Shown piece by piece: positions 63,225 to 64,000 of a stretch of 64,000 bases of DNA. The DNA is taken from contig CM052832.1 of assembly GCA_028534125.1 (NCBI GenBank), positions 20,152,001-20,216,000 on the forward strand. Direction: 5' to 3'. The stretch is from Lama glama (Eukaryota). The position numbers and the translations under genes are program-made. The notes beneath the pieces were generated by a model. That model did not search any database. It saw only the letters and a list, made by a program, of their open reading frames with translations, and was not told the origin of the DNA. How positions within the stretch are numbered: the stretch's first letter is position 1; each line of letters begins with the position of its first letter.

Positions 63225-63705
63225 CACCTAGATTGACTCTGCTTTTACCATTGCTTCTTATAATGTAGTCTCAGCAGAGCAGTGAACGTGAGTCTTTAAA
63301 CATGTAAGTCAAATCATCTTACTATCCTACTCAACAGTGACTCTCCATTGCACTCAGAAGTAAAACTAAAGTCTTCAAATGCCCTACAGACTTTCTGAGG
63401 TGGATCCAACTATTTCTCTGACCTTGCCACCCTGATTCCCACCCGCCTCCTCCTTACCAACTACTCTCTGGCCTTACAGCACTTACACTGACTTTTTTTT
63501 TTTTTCTCAGTTCGGGATATAATTCTGCTCTGTATTTTCAAAGCAAGTCCTTGCTCACCTCTTAACATGAGGTACTTCACCACCCTGTTTAAAATTAGAA
63601 TCTTCAATCAGAATACCTGTTCCCCCTCATACAGTTCCCTTTCTTCTTTTTCCCTATAGCCTTATCCTCTTCCAGCATGGTCTGTAAGTACTTAGCATAC
63701 CATAT
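63225..63705 (+). mobile_element. L2a fragment
   Basis: TTTAAACATGTAAGTCAAATCAT...CACTCAGAAGTAAAACTAAAGTCTTCAAATGCCCTACA...CACCCTGTTTAAAATT. Confidence 0.8.
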
Positions 63706-63732
63706 AATCCTCAAGAATTTTCAAGCTTTTAT

Positions 63733-64000
63733 GCTATTTGCAGGCTAACAAGGTCAGCCTCCTGTCATTGCATGGTTGCTGGCAGAAGACATTAGACTGA
63801 GTCGCAGGGAAAGGATTGTTACTTATAATGTACAAGCCACATGAACAGCAGCATATTTGCATCAGTTCTGCCTGCCTCCAGTCCCATGGGGGCGATATGG
63901 ATGGGCCCAGATGGAGGCCTGCACACCCACGAGTTGTGTTGTAGGAGATGAACTGAGAGCTTAGGGAATCCAAATTCTTTTATAATGTACAGTAAGCCTA
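63733..64000 (-). mobile_element. MER74-like ERVL LTR, running off the window end
   Basis: GCAGGCTAACAAG...CATGGTTGCTGGCAGAAGACA...TTTGCATCAGTTC...AGTCCCATGGGGGCGA...GATGGGCCCAGATGGA...GAGCTTAGGGAATCC...CTTTTATAATG. Confidence 0.8.

Noticed and set aside
1..64000. The supplied six-frame ORFs as protein-coding genes
   Set aside because: All are 161 aa or shorter. Many start at non-ATG codons, lie inside decayed L1/L2/LTR sequence, or show the F/L/I/S bias of AT-rich non-coding DNA. None resembles a cellular protein I recognise.
1..64000. A novel multi-gene system, CRISPR array or operon
   Set aside because: This is eukaryotic repeat-rich non-coding DNA. I found no regularly spaced repeat-spacer array and no gene cluster.

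Overview
This is AT-rich, CpG-depleted placental mammal DNA, and I found no protein-coding exon I can recognise. Two tRNA-Ala-derived SINEs with a shared CCTAATTACCT tail and artiodactyl-type L1 3' ends point to a camelid genome (inference). Roughly a third or more of the window is decayed interspersed repeat: L1, L2, MIR, MaLR/ERV solo LTRs and Tc1-mariner MITEs. Family names come from my recollection of consensus sequences, not a RepeatMasker run, and most boundaries are approximate. The best non-repeat signal is a plus-strand promoter-like cassette at about 36.1-36.25 kb (inverted CCAAT pair, CRE half-site, CATAAA). A candidate first exon follows it and ends at a GTAAGT donor (36528), and a well-bounded 103-nt exon with stops in all three frames lies at 59590-59692. 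Together these suggest the 5' leader of a large gene or a lncRNA that I cannot name. Several retrotransposition events can be read at base level: a probable L1 3' transduction, a twin-primed inverted L1, a short TSD-flanked orphan insert and nested insertions. The supplied ORFs look spurious. I see no evidence of a novel multi-gene system.
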